Assembly (NCBI GenBank): GCA_051530055.1
Contig: CM121342.1
Span: 2,080,797 to 2,144,796, forward strand
Direction: 5' to 3'
Length of the DNA: 64,000 nt
Origin: Neoechinorhynchus agilis
Taxonomy: Eukaryota; Animalia; Acanthocephala
Shown: positions 1 through 9,949 of the stretch, one piece after another
Layout of the letters: each line of letters opens with the position of its first letter
Position numbering within the stretch: the first letter of the stretch is position 1
Position numbers and translations under genes: made by a program
The notes under the pieces: model-generated
Seen by the model: the letters and a program-made list of their open reading frames with translations, nothing else
Databases searched by the model: none
Told to the model about the DNA's origin: nothing

Positions 1-445
1 AATCTTCTTCAGATTCACTATCATCCATCTGAACTCCTTCGTATTGCCGAAACAGTTCACCAGGTTGAATCGCTCCCCATCCTTCCGGCCTTGGTGGCAG
101 ATACAAGCGATATGGATTTGCACTATCAGCAAAACGATTCAACCGAGGCAGTGCATTAATAACGTAAGCTGTAAAAATGTCTCTATCCTGCACAAAAGGT
201 ACCGCAGATTCAGTTCGGGTGCCAATTGACCCGTTAATTTCTCTTATTTGTTGACGTCGCCGATGTCGAAACCAATTTTCAATGGAAAATAGAGTTCTCC
301 TCATTCCAACAGCTATTCTTGCCAAATCTAGAGTCGTGGGCATTGGTTCCATTTTGAACATTCTCTCAAGGATATTAACTTCATCTTCCACAAATCCGTT
401 TATGGCTTGATTAATGTCACTGTTACCACTGCCACGAGAAACCAT
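1..445 (-). CDS. Divergent homeobox protein, copy 1 (148 aa; stop codon runs off the window start)
   Basis: Identical to 28598-29042. ATG at 445 gives MVSRGSG...FVEDEVNILERMFKMEPMPTTLDLARIAVGMRRTLFSIENWFRHRRR. Homeodomain spacing F8/L16/F20/P26/W48/F49/R52/R53 is intact. Base 1 is the T of the TAG stop. Confidence 0.72.
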   Translation of the reverse strand, partial: MVSRGSGNSDINQAINGFVEDEVNILERMFKMEPMPTTLDLARIAVGMRRTLFSIENWFRHRRRQQIREINGSIGTRTESAVPFVQDRDIFTAYVINALPRLNRFADSANPYRLYLPPRPEGWGAIQPGELFRQYEGVQMDDSESEED

Positions 446-559
446 CGCGATCAAGGTGACTAGTCGCGTGTATCGAAAAATATATCCCAAGTCGACCTAT
501 TCGATATCGACCGTTCATATAGTCTTGATTGTAGGCTTTGGTTTTCTAGAAAACAATGA

Positions 560-930
560 CAGCTTCAAAGTTTAAAACACTGACGATTGTTTTTTGCCAG
601 CAGTCGACGCCATATAAACCAACAGGTCGAATCACTTTTCGATATATTTTAGAGATTTGATACGAACTTTCATATATGGATCGCACATAGCACGTCACTT
701 GTTCAAAACATCATTGATTCTCGTATTCATCTCAGCTATACGGGAACCGTCAGCCGAGAGTATTGATCCAAGGTATTTAAAGTTATCTGTTCCGTCTATA
801 TTTATTTTGCCCGGTTTCAATCTGAACAGTCGCTCCAGATACTTCGTCTTCCGGAAGTTCCAACGCAGCCCAAACAGTGCTAAACGGTCAATCCTTTACT
901 GGACTTGATTTGTAAAATTCGTCTTGTCGT
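560..930 (-). mobile_element. RTE-clade non-LTR retrotransposon RT C-terminal fragment (copy 1)
   Basis: Minus strand reads ...GLRWNFRKTKYL...DNFKYLGSILSADG...EMNTRI...K*R..MCD...VIRPVGLYGVDCW, matching RTE FKYLGS / VIRPV.LYG.ECW motifs; has stops and frameshifts. Confidence 0.72.
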
Positions 931-2062
931 TTTTTGCCACGAAAACATAATCTACCCAACAATCTCAACAGCTATTGAATCTCGCTAAGCTGAAAAATTG
1001 CTTAAATCCTATTTTCAGTATTTGGACATATTGCTCGTATTTTTTTAAGTTAAAAATATATATCAATATTGCAGAATATTGGTTTAATGTTATACATAAC
1101 TGTTAAATGTTTATAAATGATTGGGAAATGTGAGCAATGCGTCCAAGTACGAAAAGGGATTCGAGCACAATTTCAGGGAAGCGACATTTTGAAATTGATA
1201 TCGTTTTTTCTGCCGCAACGCCATCAATAAAGTAATTTTTAGGCCTGATTACTTTCGAGTGGTGGCGGTTATGGCATTCGACGATGTTCGCATAACAGTG
1301 GCCAGTTCGTACTTGCGGATGTGAGAAACAGCACTGCACTTTTAGACCGATAAACTCGGAAAACTGTATTGAACTTCGGGTGTCGTAGTCAGAACGCTGT
1401 GGAAGGAACAAAATAATCGTCTAATGTAGTTCAAAGGGGTACAGTTTGAAGCGAAGGTGAAAAATCCATTTTATTGGAAGGACGGTCGACCGACACCGCA
1501 ATCGGTGCAACTCGAGAAGTCATTCAGAGAATCGAACAGAGGAGAATTGCGAATTGGTAGCCTATCGCGTGCGCAAAACTCCGATGAAGAGAAAGCGGCC
1601 AATTACATTGAACGAGAAAGATTTTGAGCGATTCTCAAATTCGAATTATTCTCAAATTAAATCTATAATGCGCCAAAGAAGCGAATTAGAAAAAAGGATT
1701 TCAACTCTTATCCGATTTGTGACACACTCGAACTAATCGAAGACGTTAGACGAATTGATCCAAAGACATTAACATGGTAAGCTAATCAAACTGTCAACAG
1801 TCAACCCAGTCTCACGGAACATTTAAATTGGATCCTTTGCATTTGCGAAGTGGCTCGCGGCCACTTACAGTTACTGTCTTTTTGCTAAGTTAGTTTAGAA
1901 AATATAACGAATAAATGATTAGCCGTCAACTTCGTATAATAGACAAACAACTCATGAATTTTATTTCGACAATATCCGAGTTTGTCGATTGGTATAATGT
2001 TAAACGATAAATGGAACAACAAATCTATGGGAAAATTTGCCAAAAACACCTTGGTGATCGTT

Positions 2063-3243
2063 TGGTCGACTTGTTGTTCCACTCGCCACTTGGAACACGA
2101 TTTTTGACGCTTTGCATCAATGTCATCCGGGTTGTGCATCAATGAAAGCCCTCGCTAGAATGTTTTTATGGTTCCCAAGGATGAATAAAGCTATCGATGA
2201 CATCGCTAGACGTTGCGGAAAATGTCAAGAAGTGAAACCTCAACAGCCTGAGGTCGATTTAATACCATGGGACATGCCACAAAGACCCTGGGAACGTGTT
2301 CAGATAGATTATGCAGAGCCAATAAAAAATAACACATGGTTAATCGTCGTAGATGCGTTCACCAAATGGCCCGAAGTAGTCGAAGTAAGGTCGACCGATG
2401 CCGTCGCGCTAGTGATGGAGATGCGTCGCCTCTTCTGTAGATTCGGCCTACGAAAGCGAGTAGTGATGGATAACGGAGCAAGTTTTCGCGGTGAACATTA
2501 TAAAGGTTTCTTGATACGAAACGGTATCAAGCCCATTACTCCACTCCATACCACCCGAGGACTAACGGCCAGGCAGAACGGTTCGTGCGGACAGTCAAAG
2601 ATAGGGTATTCAAGTGTCATCCACGATCAGAGTTCGAGAAAGCGTTGCAGCAATTCCAACTCAGTTGCCGCAATTGTCCTCAGACAGAAACAGAAAATAA
2701 GTCCGGCGATGGCCATGTTAGGTCGACTTCTCAAGGTGATCCTCAACAATATTCGCCGCGATGAACGAGAACGTGTTGCAGAACGAAAAGAGAATTTGAA
2801 AACACATCACGATCGACAATCAAGTTGGAGACAATTTGAAGAAAATCAACCGGTATGGTTTAGGGCACAGAAAGGGCACAAATGGGAAATCGGTAACATT
2901 GTAAATGGAACAGGACCAGTATCCTATCAAGTCGAATCGAACGACACTCTCTCCAGGAGGCATGTCGATCATTTGAGACCGGCGACAACCGAGGATGATA
3001 TGCGCAACCAATCATATGTAGGGCAACCGACCGAGGATCTTTCACGATCAGAAGAGGGAACCGATAATCAAAATTCATCATCGCCAAGGAGAGAGATGGT
3101 CGAAATTCCGGGGCGTAGCGAGCGAGTTCGAAGACCCTCGAATTGGCTCAAGGATTACGTGACATAATCCTCAAATAAAGGGGGAGGATTGTTGTGTAGT
3201 CGATCGATAAACGCGACGATCGATAGTAGTTATTATGCGGTGT
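2063..3243 (+). mobile_element. 5'-truncated Ty3/gypsy element (family 1): integrase region, PPT and start of 3' LTR
   Basis: ORF 2112-3167 has the zinc-binding HPG...ARMFLWFPRM...CGKCQ, core PWERVQIDYAEP / VVDAFTKWPEV / VVMDNG, and a C-terminal GPVSY...RRHVDHLRP; frameshifted in the core. Purine tract aaataaagggggagga is followed by TGTTG at 3190. Confidence 0.9.
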
Positions 3244-3366
3244 TTTGGAAACACCTTTGTAAGTACTAAGATTCCCACAGGCGCACACGATACCAATGGA
3301 CCCGACAAGAAGAAATGCTTTTTCGGATGTAGAGACCACATCGTCCTGATCCGGAAAAGTGGTTGT

Positions 3367-3407
3367 TGTGACCGACTCGGTGGTAGACATCACATCAACA
3401 TATACGC
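3367..3407 (-). repeat. Truncated, internally deleted 3' LTR of the gypsy family 2 element
   Basis: tgtgaccgactcggtggtagacat...cacatcaacatatacgc matches the LTR at 7170 with a ~35-nt internal deletion, then joins integrase sequence directly. Confidence 0.8.
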
Positions 3408-4474
3408 AATTGGTCCAAGTTTTCCATCTTTATTCCCTTTCCGGGTATCCATGTTCGTCTTTTCAGTGTTTCTATGAACCTCTCGGCTAACCCGTTAGTT
3501 CTAGGATGATATGGGCTAGCTTTTATATGTTTGATTTGAAATTCGCTGCAAAAACGTGAAAACTCATTCGAAATAAACTGTGGCCCATTGTCTGACACAA
3601 TTTATTTCGGTGCCCGAATCTGCTGAAACATCTCCATCGACATCGTACGACATGCGTGGTCGTCGAATTTCGACCTAGCGACCATACCTCTGGCAATTTT
3701 GTGTTCGATACGAATTAGCTATGTATCGCTATTTACTGACCCAGCCATGTCCACGTGTAATCTTTCCCATGTTTCTACAAGCCAGTCGCAAAGTTCACAC
3801 ATTGCGATCATTTGTCTGATCTCTTCCTCCATCTTAGGCCAAAACACATAATACCGACTCATTGCAATCATCGCATCCCTTCCGGTGTGTCCTGCATGTA
3901 GACGATCCAATACGCACCTTCTCAAGCTCTTTGTTAATTACTAACCGGTCAAGATGCAAAATGATCCCATTTATAACGCTTAATTCGTCTCTAACCTTCA
4001 AAAATGGAGGATCTGTCGGGCTAATCTCTCGTGGCCAGCCATATTTTATATATCGCAGGATCCTCCCTAATTGAACATCGTCCCTCGTGGTGCTGCGTAT
4101 TGTGTTCTCCGAAATCTCAATCTTACACGATTTTTCCTCAATCACCATTCCGATTTGAATCTATTCTTCGTTACTCGCTCCATCACTTATATTCTTGTTT
4201 GCTAACCTCGATAAGCAGTCAGCTACCTGGTTCCGAAAATGTATTGCAATGGCGTGTGGTCGGTTTCGAGCGTGAATTTCCGTCCATATACGTAGAAGTG
4301 GAATTTCTGCACCGCGAAAATCAAAGCCAACGCTTCTTTGACAAGAACCGAGTAATTCTCTTGTGATTTTCGCAATACCCTTGAAGCGAACATGACAGGA
4401 TGCTTCGATCCGTCCTCCAATTCGTGGAATAATACAGCACCTATTTTGGTGTCACAAGCATCGGAATTTATAAC

Positions 4475-5348
4475 TATTTTCTTATTTTCATCATATGGCA
4501 AGGGATTCCGTGTACTCGTCAGCATTTCTTTAATTTGATTGAATGCATTTGAGTGATATTGTTTCCATTCGAATCGCGTCCCTTTCCTTGTATTTTCTTA
4601 TTTTCATCATATGGCAAGGGATTCCGTGTACCCGTCAGCATTTCTTTAATTTGATTGAATGCATTTGAGTGATATTGTTTCCATTCGAATCGCGTCCCTT
4701 TCCTTGTATTTTCTTATTTTCATCATATGGCAAGGGATTCCGTGTACCCGTCAGCATTTCTTTAATTTGATTGAATGCATTTGAGTGATATTGTTTCCAT
4801 TCGAATCGCGTCCCTTTCCTTGTATTTTCTTATTTTCATCATATGGCAAGGGATTCCGTGTACCCGTCAGCATTTCTTTAATTTGATTGAATGCATTTGA
4901 GTGATATTGTTTCCATTCGAATCGCGTCCCTTTCCTTGTATTTTCTTATTTTCATCATATGGCAAGGGATTCCGTGTACCCGTCAGCATTTCTTTAATTT
5001 GATTGAATGCATTTGAGTGATATTGTTTCCATTTGTTTGTTTTTGTGGTTTTTTGTGGGTTGTGTTTATTTGATTAATTTTGGTGTTTGTTATTCGAATC
5101 GCGTCCCTTTCCTTGTATTTTCTTATTTTCATCATATGGCAAGGGATTCCGTGTACCCGTCAGCATTTCTTTAATTTGATTGAATGCATTTGAGTGATAT
5201 TGTTTCCATTCGAATCGCGTCCCTTTCCTTGTATTTTCTTATTTTCATCATATGGCAAGGGATTCCGTGTACCCGTCAGCATTTCTTTAATTTGATTGAA
5301 TGCATTTGAGTGATATTGTTTCCATTCGAATCGCGTCCCTTTCCTTGT
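4475..5348. repeat. Seven-copy 116-bp tandem array inside the gypsy RT/RNase H junction
   Basis: Units start at 4475, 4591, 4707, 4823, 4939, 5116 and 5232. The fifth unit carries a ~61-nt T/G-rich insert. Unit encodes (minus) TRKGTRFEWKQYHSNAFNQIKEMLTGTRNPLPYDENKKI. Confidence 0.95.
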
Positions 5349-7154
5349 TAGCTCGTAAAGTGGCGCACATATCGGATGCAGCTCTGGAAAATATCGCTCT
5401 TGAAAATTCACTTAGCCAAGAAAACTCTTCAGTTGCATAACATTTCGAGGTCTTGTGCCCTTCAGCATATCTTCAATCTTTTCTTTGGTCGGTTGAATCA
5501 TCACTCGTCAACAAATTTCGGGAGTCTGCGTCTATTTCTAATTGGTGATACGCATCCGATAAATCAAGAATCGAATATTTCTTTCCTGGAGCGATGTTGT
5601 GTAGCAACTCGTCAAATGTCGGCATTTGATACAGTTCGTCTCGGAGATATTTATTGCTTGCTGTCCTGAAATCTCCGCATATCCGTATCTTACCATCCTT
5701 CCTTCTTACGACGACGATCGGCGTTGCCCATCTCACCTGCTCCTCGTGATCTATGAGCTGCTCGAGAACATTTTTCTTAACTAATCTTTCTAACTCTTCC
5801 TTCAAAAGCGCTTGAACAGCAAACAGAATCCTCCGTGCTTGACATCGAATCGGGTTACTCTCATTCATCAAATCTAATTTGATCTTGTAATCCATGCTGG
5901 CAGAGTCTGGTTCTCGAAAAATATTAGGGGATGCCTGTTGAATTTTGTACTTCGAAATCCGATTCCCTTTAGCTTTTATGCTGTCTTCCTCGGGCAATTC
6001 CATCTCGAACGCAATACACCAGGGTAACCCAAACAGACATCGACTGTTACAGGGCACTACGTGAGCCTTGACTGATTTTGTCGCCCCACGGAGTTCCACT
6101 GTCAATTCACATTCTCCAAAATCCTCAACTTTCGCCCCCACAAATCCCTTCAATTCTTTGCCCCTTAAGCAATATCGGACGTCCTACTTGTTCCCATACC
6201 TTATTGCTAATAACGCTTACCTTCGCTCCTGTATCGAATTGCATCTTGCAGTGGACATTATTGATTTTGACTGTGATCTCCATTCTTTTATTCTTTCTCT
6301 TATCAACCACGTATAAGCAAATTTGTTCGTTGTTAATCTCCACATTTTCGGCCGCTTATCCTTGCTTCTTTTCGCTTCCCTCCGCTATCTGCATCTGTCG
6401 ATCGTCGATTAAATCTCATTCCTGTTCTTTGCTCCAATCTATTGATATCGTGCTCCATTTTCAATTCTTCGGTATTTCCCCCAATAATCTCCTGGGCATT
6501 CTCACTTGCTTCCATCGCGTGGGCCAATTCTAATAACTTTTGTGGTGTCCTTGCACTGCATCACGGCTATTCTCAATGTCGCATTGGGTGTTTTGAGGAC
6601 AACCAAGCCTTTGATTCTATCATCCACGGCTTTCAACTCATCATCAATTTCTTTTGAGAAAAACGTTGAATCCTCTTGCAGCTCCTCGCAAATCAGCCAC
6701 CCATTGTGCACGTGTTTCGCCTTCTCGTTTATTTTTCGAATTGAAAATGTACCTGGCCAATATTTTCAGTACCTCAGCTTTGTAATATTCATCCACTAGC
6801 CGGATAATATCCTTATATGCGAACTTCGCCATCTCCTGTGCTGCCGTCAATTTTTTTATCAGCTTGTATGTTTCGCCACCGATCCATGTAAGCATATTTG
6901 CCTTTTTGGTTTTATCTTCGATCACTTCATTAGCTTCCATATATTGGTTAATTTTTTCCACGTATTCTGCCCAATCCTCCTGCTCCTGTTCGTATCGTCT
7001 CAATGCATTTATCCCTCTCCTCTGTCCATGAGCATCCAATTCATCTTTTCCTTGCACTAACATCATGAGTTCCATCATTGCTGCTATTGCTGCTGCATCC
7101 ACTCCCTCATCATGTTCGCTTGATACTTTTTATGATCTGCTGCAACACGTGAGA

Positions 7155-7308
7155 ATCCTCGTCGCCAAATGTGACTGACTCGGTGGTAGACATGTTGTAT
7201 TCTGATTCCAAAGACGTCCACTCTCACACACATCAACGTATACGCGCACACAGATACTTGCATGTATCACCAGATCGATGGCATGACGACATCATGTCCA
7301 CTATAAAT
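7155..7308 (-). repeat. 5' LTR (7170-7308) and primer-binding site (7155-7169) of the gypsy family 2 element
   Basis: On minus the LTR ends ...GTCAGTCACA, immediately followed by TTTGGCGACGAGGAT, a typical gypsy PBS. The outer LTR terminus is degenerate. Confidence 0.8.
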
Positions 7309-7974
7309 GTTGTCAAATTAAAAATTCCAAGACCGGCGAAAATACTAAGCGAAATAAGTTTGGGATTTATCTGGAAAAGTTTTGATGGCGATTCTTAGGT
7401 GAGGAACGATTTTCAAGTAAAACTCGCGGTGCGGAATGTGACCGAGGACGTCAGGAGGACGCCAAAGTGTCACAAATGAGAAAAATCGACCGGTGTTCCA
7501 TATTTCCTTCAGGGACAGGAACAACGAACCAACAGAAAATCCGATTACGAATAGGACTTAACGGGACAAACAGAAGTCCAAGAAGTCTAAGCTACATCCT
7601 TGTTTAACAACTTTTTAAACTTTCGAAAAATTATGAACAGACTGCTGCCGGGTTGCCGTTAAGGACGTTTCCGATAAATGAAGTCCTATGCGGCACCTCG
7701 ACAGGTAGTGCAGCCGTTTCACATCAAGGAGAAAACTTTGGCGGCTCGGATCGGTAATTGTTTCCCATCTAATGGCGAAATCAGTTAAGTGTTGTAAGCA
7801 ATTGACCCGACAGTGCATACTTTTCCATTTTAAAGGAGTTATATTCTAAAATCTTTCAAAACAAAGTGGAACCTGTAGGCGTTTGATTTTTATTCGATGT
7901 TTTACACCCAGAAATTTATAATGTCAAAATACACTCCATTTTTTATTTGGTCTCATCCCTGAGGTGCCACCCTC

Positions 7975-8225
7975 TCTAATTTTTTCCCCTTTGGCGTCAA
8001 GACGCTCGGGTCGTTTGGTACCGCGGCGCAGAACCTGGTTAAGCAATTGTCTAAGAGATTCAGACGAATCTTCCTCCTGCAAAACATTAGCCCGGCTGTG
8101 CAACGAGGAAGAGTATTAAATAATTGAGGAAAAGCATTTCGCGCCCATGGTCGATTCTTTAACAAAATTAATATTTCACACCAGGACTGCAGCTAAGTGA
8201 TCCAGAGCGCTGATGTGAATGATTT
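7975..8225 (+). mobile_element. CRE-like non-LTR retrotransposon 3' fragment (REL endonuclease end)
   Basis: FFPFGVKTLGSFGTAAQNLVKQLSKR...LQNISPAVQRG resembles FVPFAVETYGALG...IAIQRGNAAS of the better-preserved copy at 53892-54392. The 3' tail (cagctaagtgatccagagcg) is shared with 61090-61210. Confidence 0.65.
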
Positions 8226-8807
8226 CTGTTGGATTATTGTGAATAAAAAATTCAGTTACTTGTTCACAAAGCGTACTTATAATCCTTTGCTTTTTGGGAT
8301 TGCATCGGCATTTAACGATTTGGTAATAATTTTTCCGTAATCATTGAGAAAGGTTTTCTATTTGCATTCGATTCCACATTTTCTCGTATCGAAAGTCCTG
8401 TTCCTCGAACTTACATTTTCCTGGATCTCAACCTAAGAAAACGCTCAACTATGCTTCATTTCTGTAATTCTATATGTTCGATTAGTTAAAAAATCAATTT
8501 CGAATTCTTCTTTTAAGTTAATTTTCCTTTCCTCATGGATTTGTGACAAGAGACGCAAATCCGATTAAACTTATCACAAAATCCACCACTTCTGTAAGCT
8601 ATTAGACTTTCGAGAGCATTCGAGTGGTCCGATGTCGAATCTCTTTTCGTAATCTTTTTTTGTTGAGACATTTTTCGTATTTCCATGTCAAATTGGAAAT
8701 CATAAATACTGACAATAACGTAAATTAGTCGTTTTCCCAGAAAAATCGGCTATATTAGGTTGATATATTTGTTGTTTTTATACAATCATTGATTCCATTA
8801 TTCAGAT

Positions 8808-9591
8808 ATGAGCGGAAACGATCATTACACACTGATAAAGCTTTCAACGGACTATGCAGGAGCGTTTACGAGTAAAAATACAATAATCGAACTTTTTAAG
8901 GTTGTTGAACGCGATATGCGAATAGAATGGAATGACCCCAAAGAACCTGGATATTTGTTAATCAGCCATTGACATTGTAGATAGTGCACTTTCGGAAAAG
9001 CTGGAGTTGAAAGTCAAAACCTCTATTATGGCCGATACAAAATTACAAGTTCGTCTTCTAAAGTTTTTGTCTCCTTATGAGATTTTTATCGCTACTGATA
9101 CCTACGACCGAAACCTAGAAACCATCGGCCGTTTGCTGAAGAGTTTATGTACACATCGGAATCTTCGAGTGGGATCCGACGGACCGCAAACGAACACCAT
9201 GTATGCAATTGAACGACAAGGAGTCTTTTATCGCTGTACAGTAAGCGATAAAAACATTAAAACTATAACCTTTGCAGATAAGTTTTGCTATGAAGCCCTT
9301 GATGATTTCACTGGACTTCATATACTCGGTAAGGAATCTTTTCAGTTTCCATCATTGATGATAGACTGCGCTATGGATGATATATTGCCCATGTATGATC
9401 AAGACGAGTTTGACGATCAAGTCAGTAGAGAGATTGAGAAGAAAATTAAAAATTGTGAAAGGTTTGAGATTCATGTGAAGAGACATCTAGAGAGCGAGAA
9501 GCATGACTTCTATACTATTCATCTAAGGACGGAGTTCGGCGATTTAGAAGAATATTTGATTGCAAATAGATTGGCTCGACGGAAGATTTAA
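8808..9591 (+). pseudogene. Extended-Tudor domain gene with a possible degenerate KH domain upstream; one +1 frameshift near 8960
   Basis: ORF 9007-9591 has the eTudor pattern (VRLLKFLSPYEIFI...FYRCTV...TFAD...FPSLMIDCAMDDILP...YTIHL...LEEYLIANRLAR). The upstream 54-codon ORF from ATG 8808 (TLIKLSTDYAGAFTSKN...MRIEWNDPKEPGYLL) becomes continuous with it if one base is removed at ~8960. Confidence 0.65.
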
Positions 9592-9949
9592 GGAATCTTT
9601 CTTAATATAGTAAATTGCGCTTTAAGTTCCATCTATAACCGCTTTTTCTTGAATAATCCGGCAACCACTATCGCTTATTTTTATAATATTTGATAGAAGA
9701 TAACCGTCATAGTGAGCGAATTTTTAAAGTATGGAATTTGTAAGAATTTCAGCAAATTCGACGAAGGAACTGAAGAAATGCTTTAGACGAAATATAAGCC
9801 ACAAGCATTTGGTTTTCTTGCCTTGAACAACATATTTCTCCATAGACTTTGTCATTCTTACCTTTATATTGTGAATAAGAATTGCATATATCACTGCCTA
9901 AAAATATATTATCTTTGTCGTGTGTAATAAATGTATAACATTAAACAAA

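Larger units (their letters stand above)
1..3243. repeat. Segmental duplication unit, apparently identical to 28598-31840 (offset 28597); 1-2062 also has a diverged copy at ~46804-49022
   Basis: All ORF-track entries repeat at a constant offset of 28597 with identical translations. The copies part after ...ttattatgcggtgt. Confidence 0.95.
3367..7308 (-). mobile_element. Decayed near-full-length Ty3/gypsy element (family 2): LTR-gag-PR-RT-RH-INT-LTR remnant
   Basis: Domain order on minus: gag (6333-7102, YEQEQEDWAEYVEKINQY), protease (MQFDTGAKVSVI), RT (WATPIVVV..KDGKIRICGDFR, LDLSDAYHQL), RNase H (SDAC..IGAVL..KEALALIFAVQKFHFYVYGRKFTLETDHTPL), integrase (HTGRDAM, SDNGPQF, YHPRTNGLAERF). Flanking direct repeat GTTGT at 3362-3366 and 7309-7313. 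Confidence 0.92.

Noticed and set aside
1420-2060. Long plus-strand pseudogene frame (also 48.2-49.9 kb)
   Set aside because: Stops occur at roughly the frequency expected in AT-rich non-coding DNA, and I recognise no domain.
3259-3280. 22-nt micro-intron GTAAGTACTAAG...CACAG (and a 24-nt candidate at 1777-1800)
   Set aside because: The acceptor AG is not conserved in the paralog at ~38520, and splicing does not yield a recognisable protein.
4475-5348. CRISPR-like or regulatory repeat array
   Set aside because: Units are contiguous with no unique spacers, they encode gypsy pol, and the context is eukaryotic.
8850-8890. STDYAGAF as a gypsy integrase IDYAGPF relic
   Set aside because: No other integrase motifs are nearby, and the frame joins the Tudor ORF after a 1-nt correction. 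It cannot be fully excluded.
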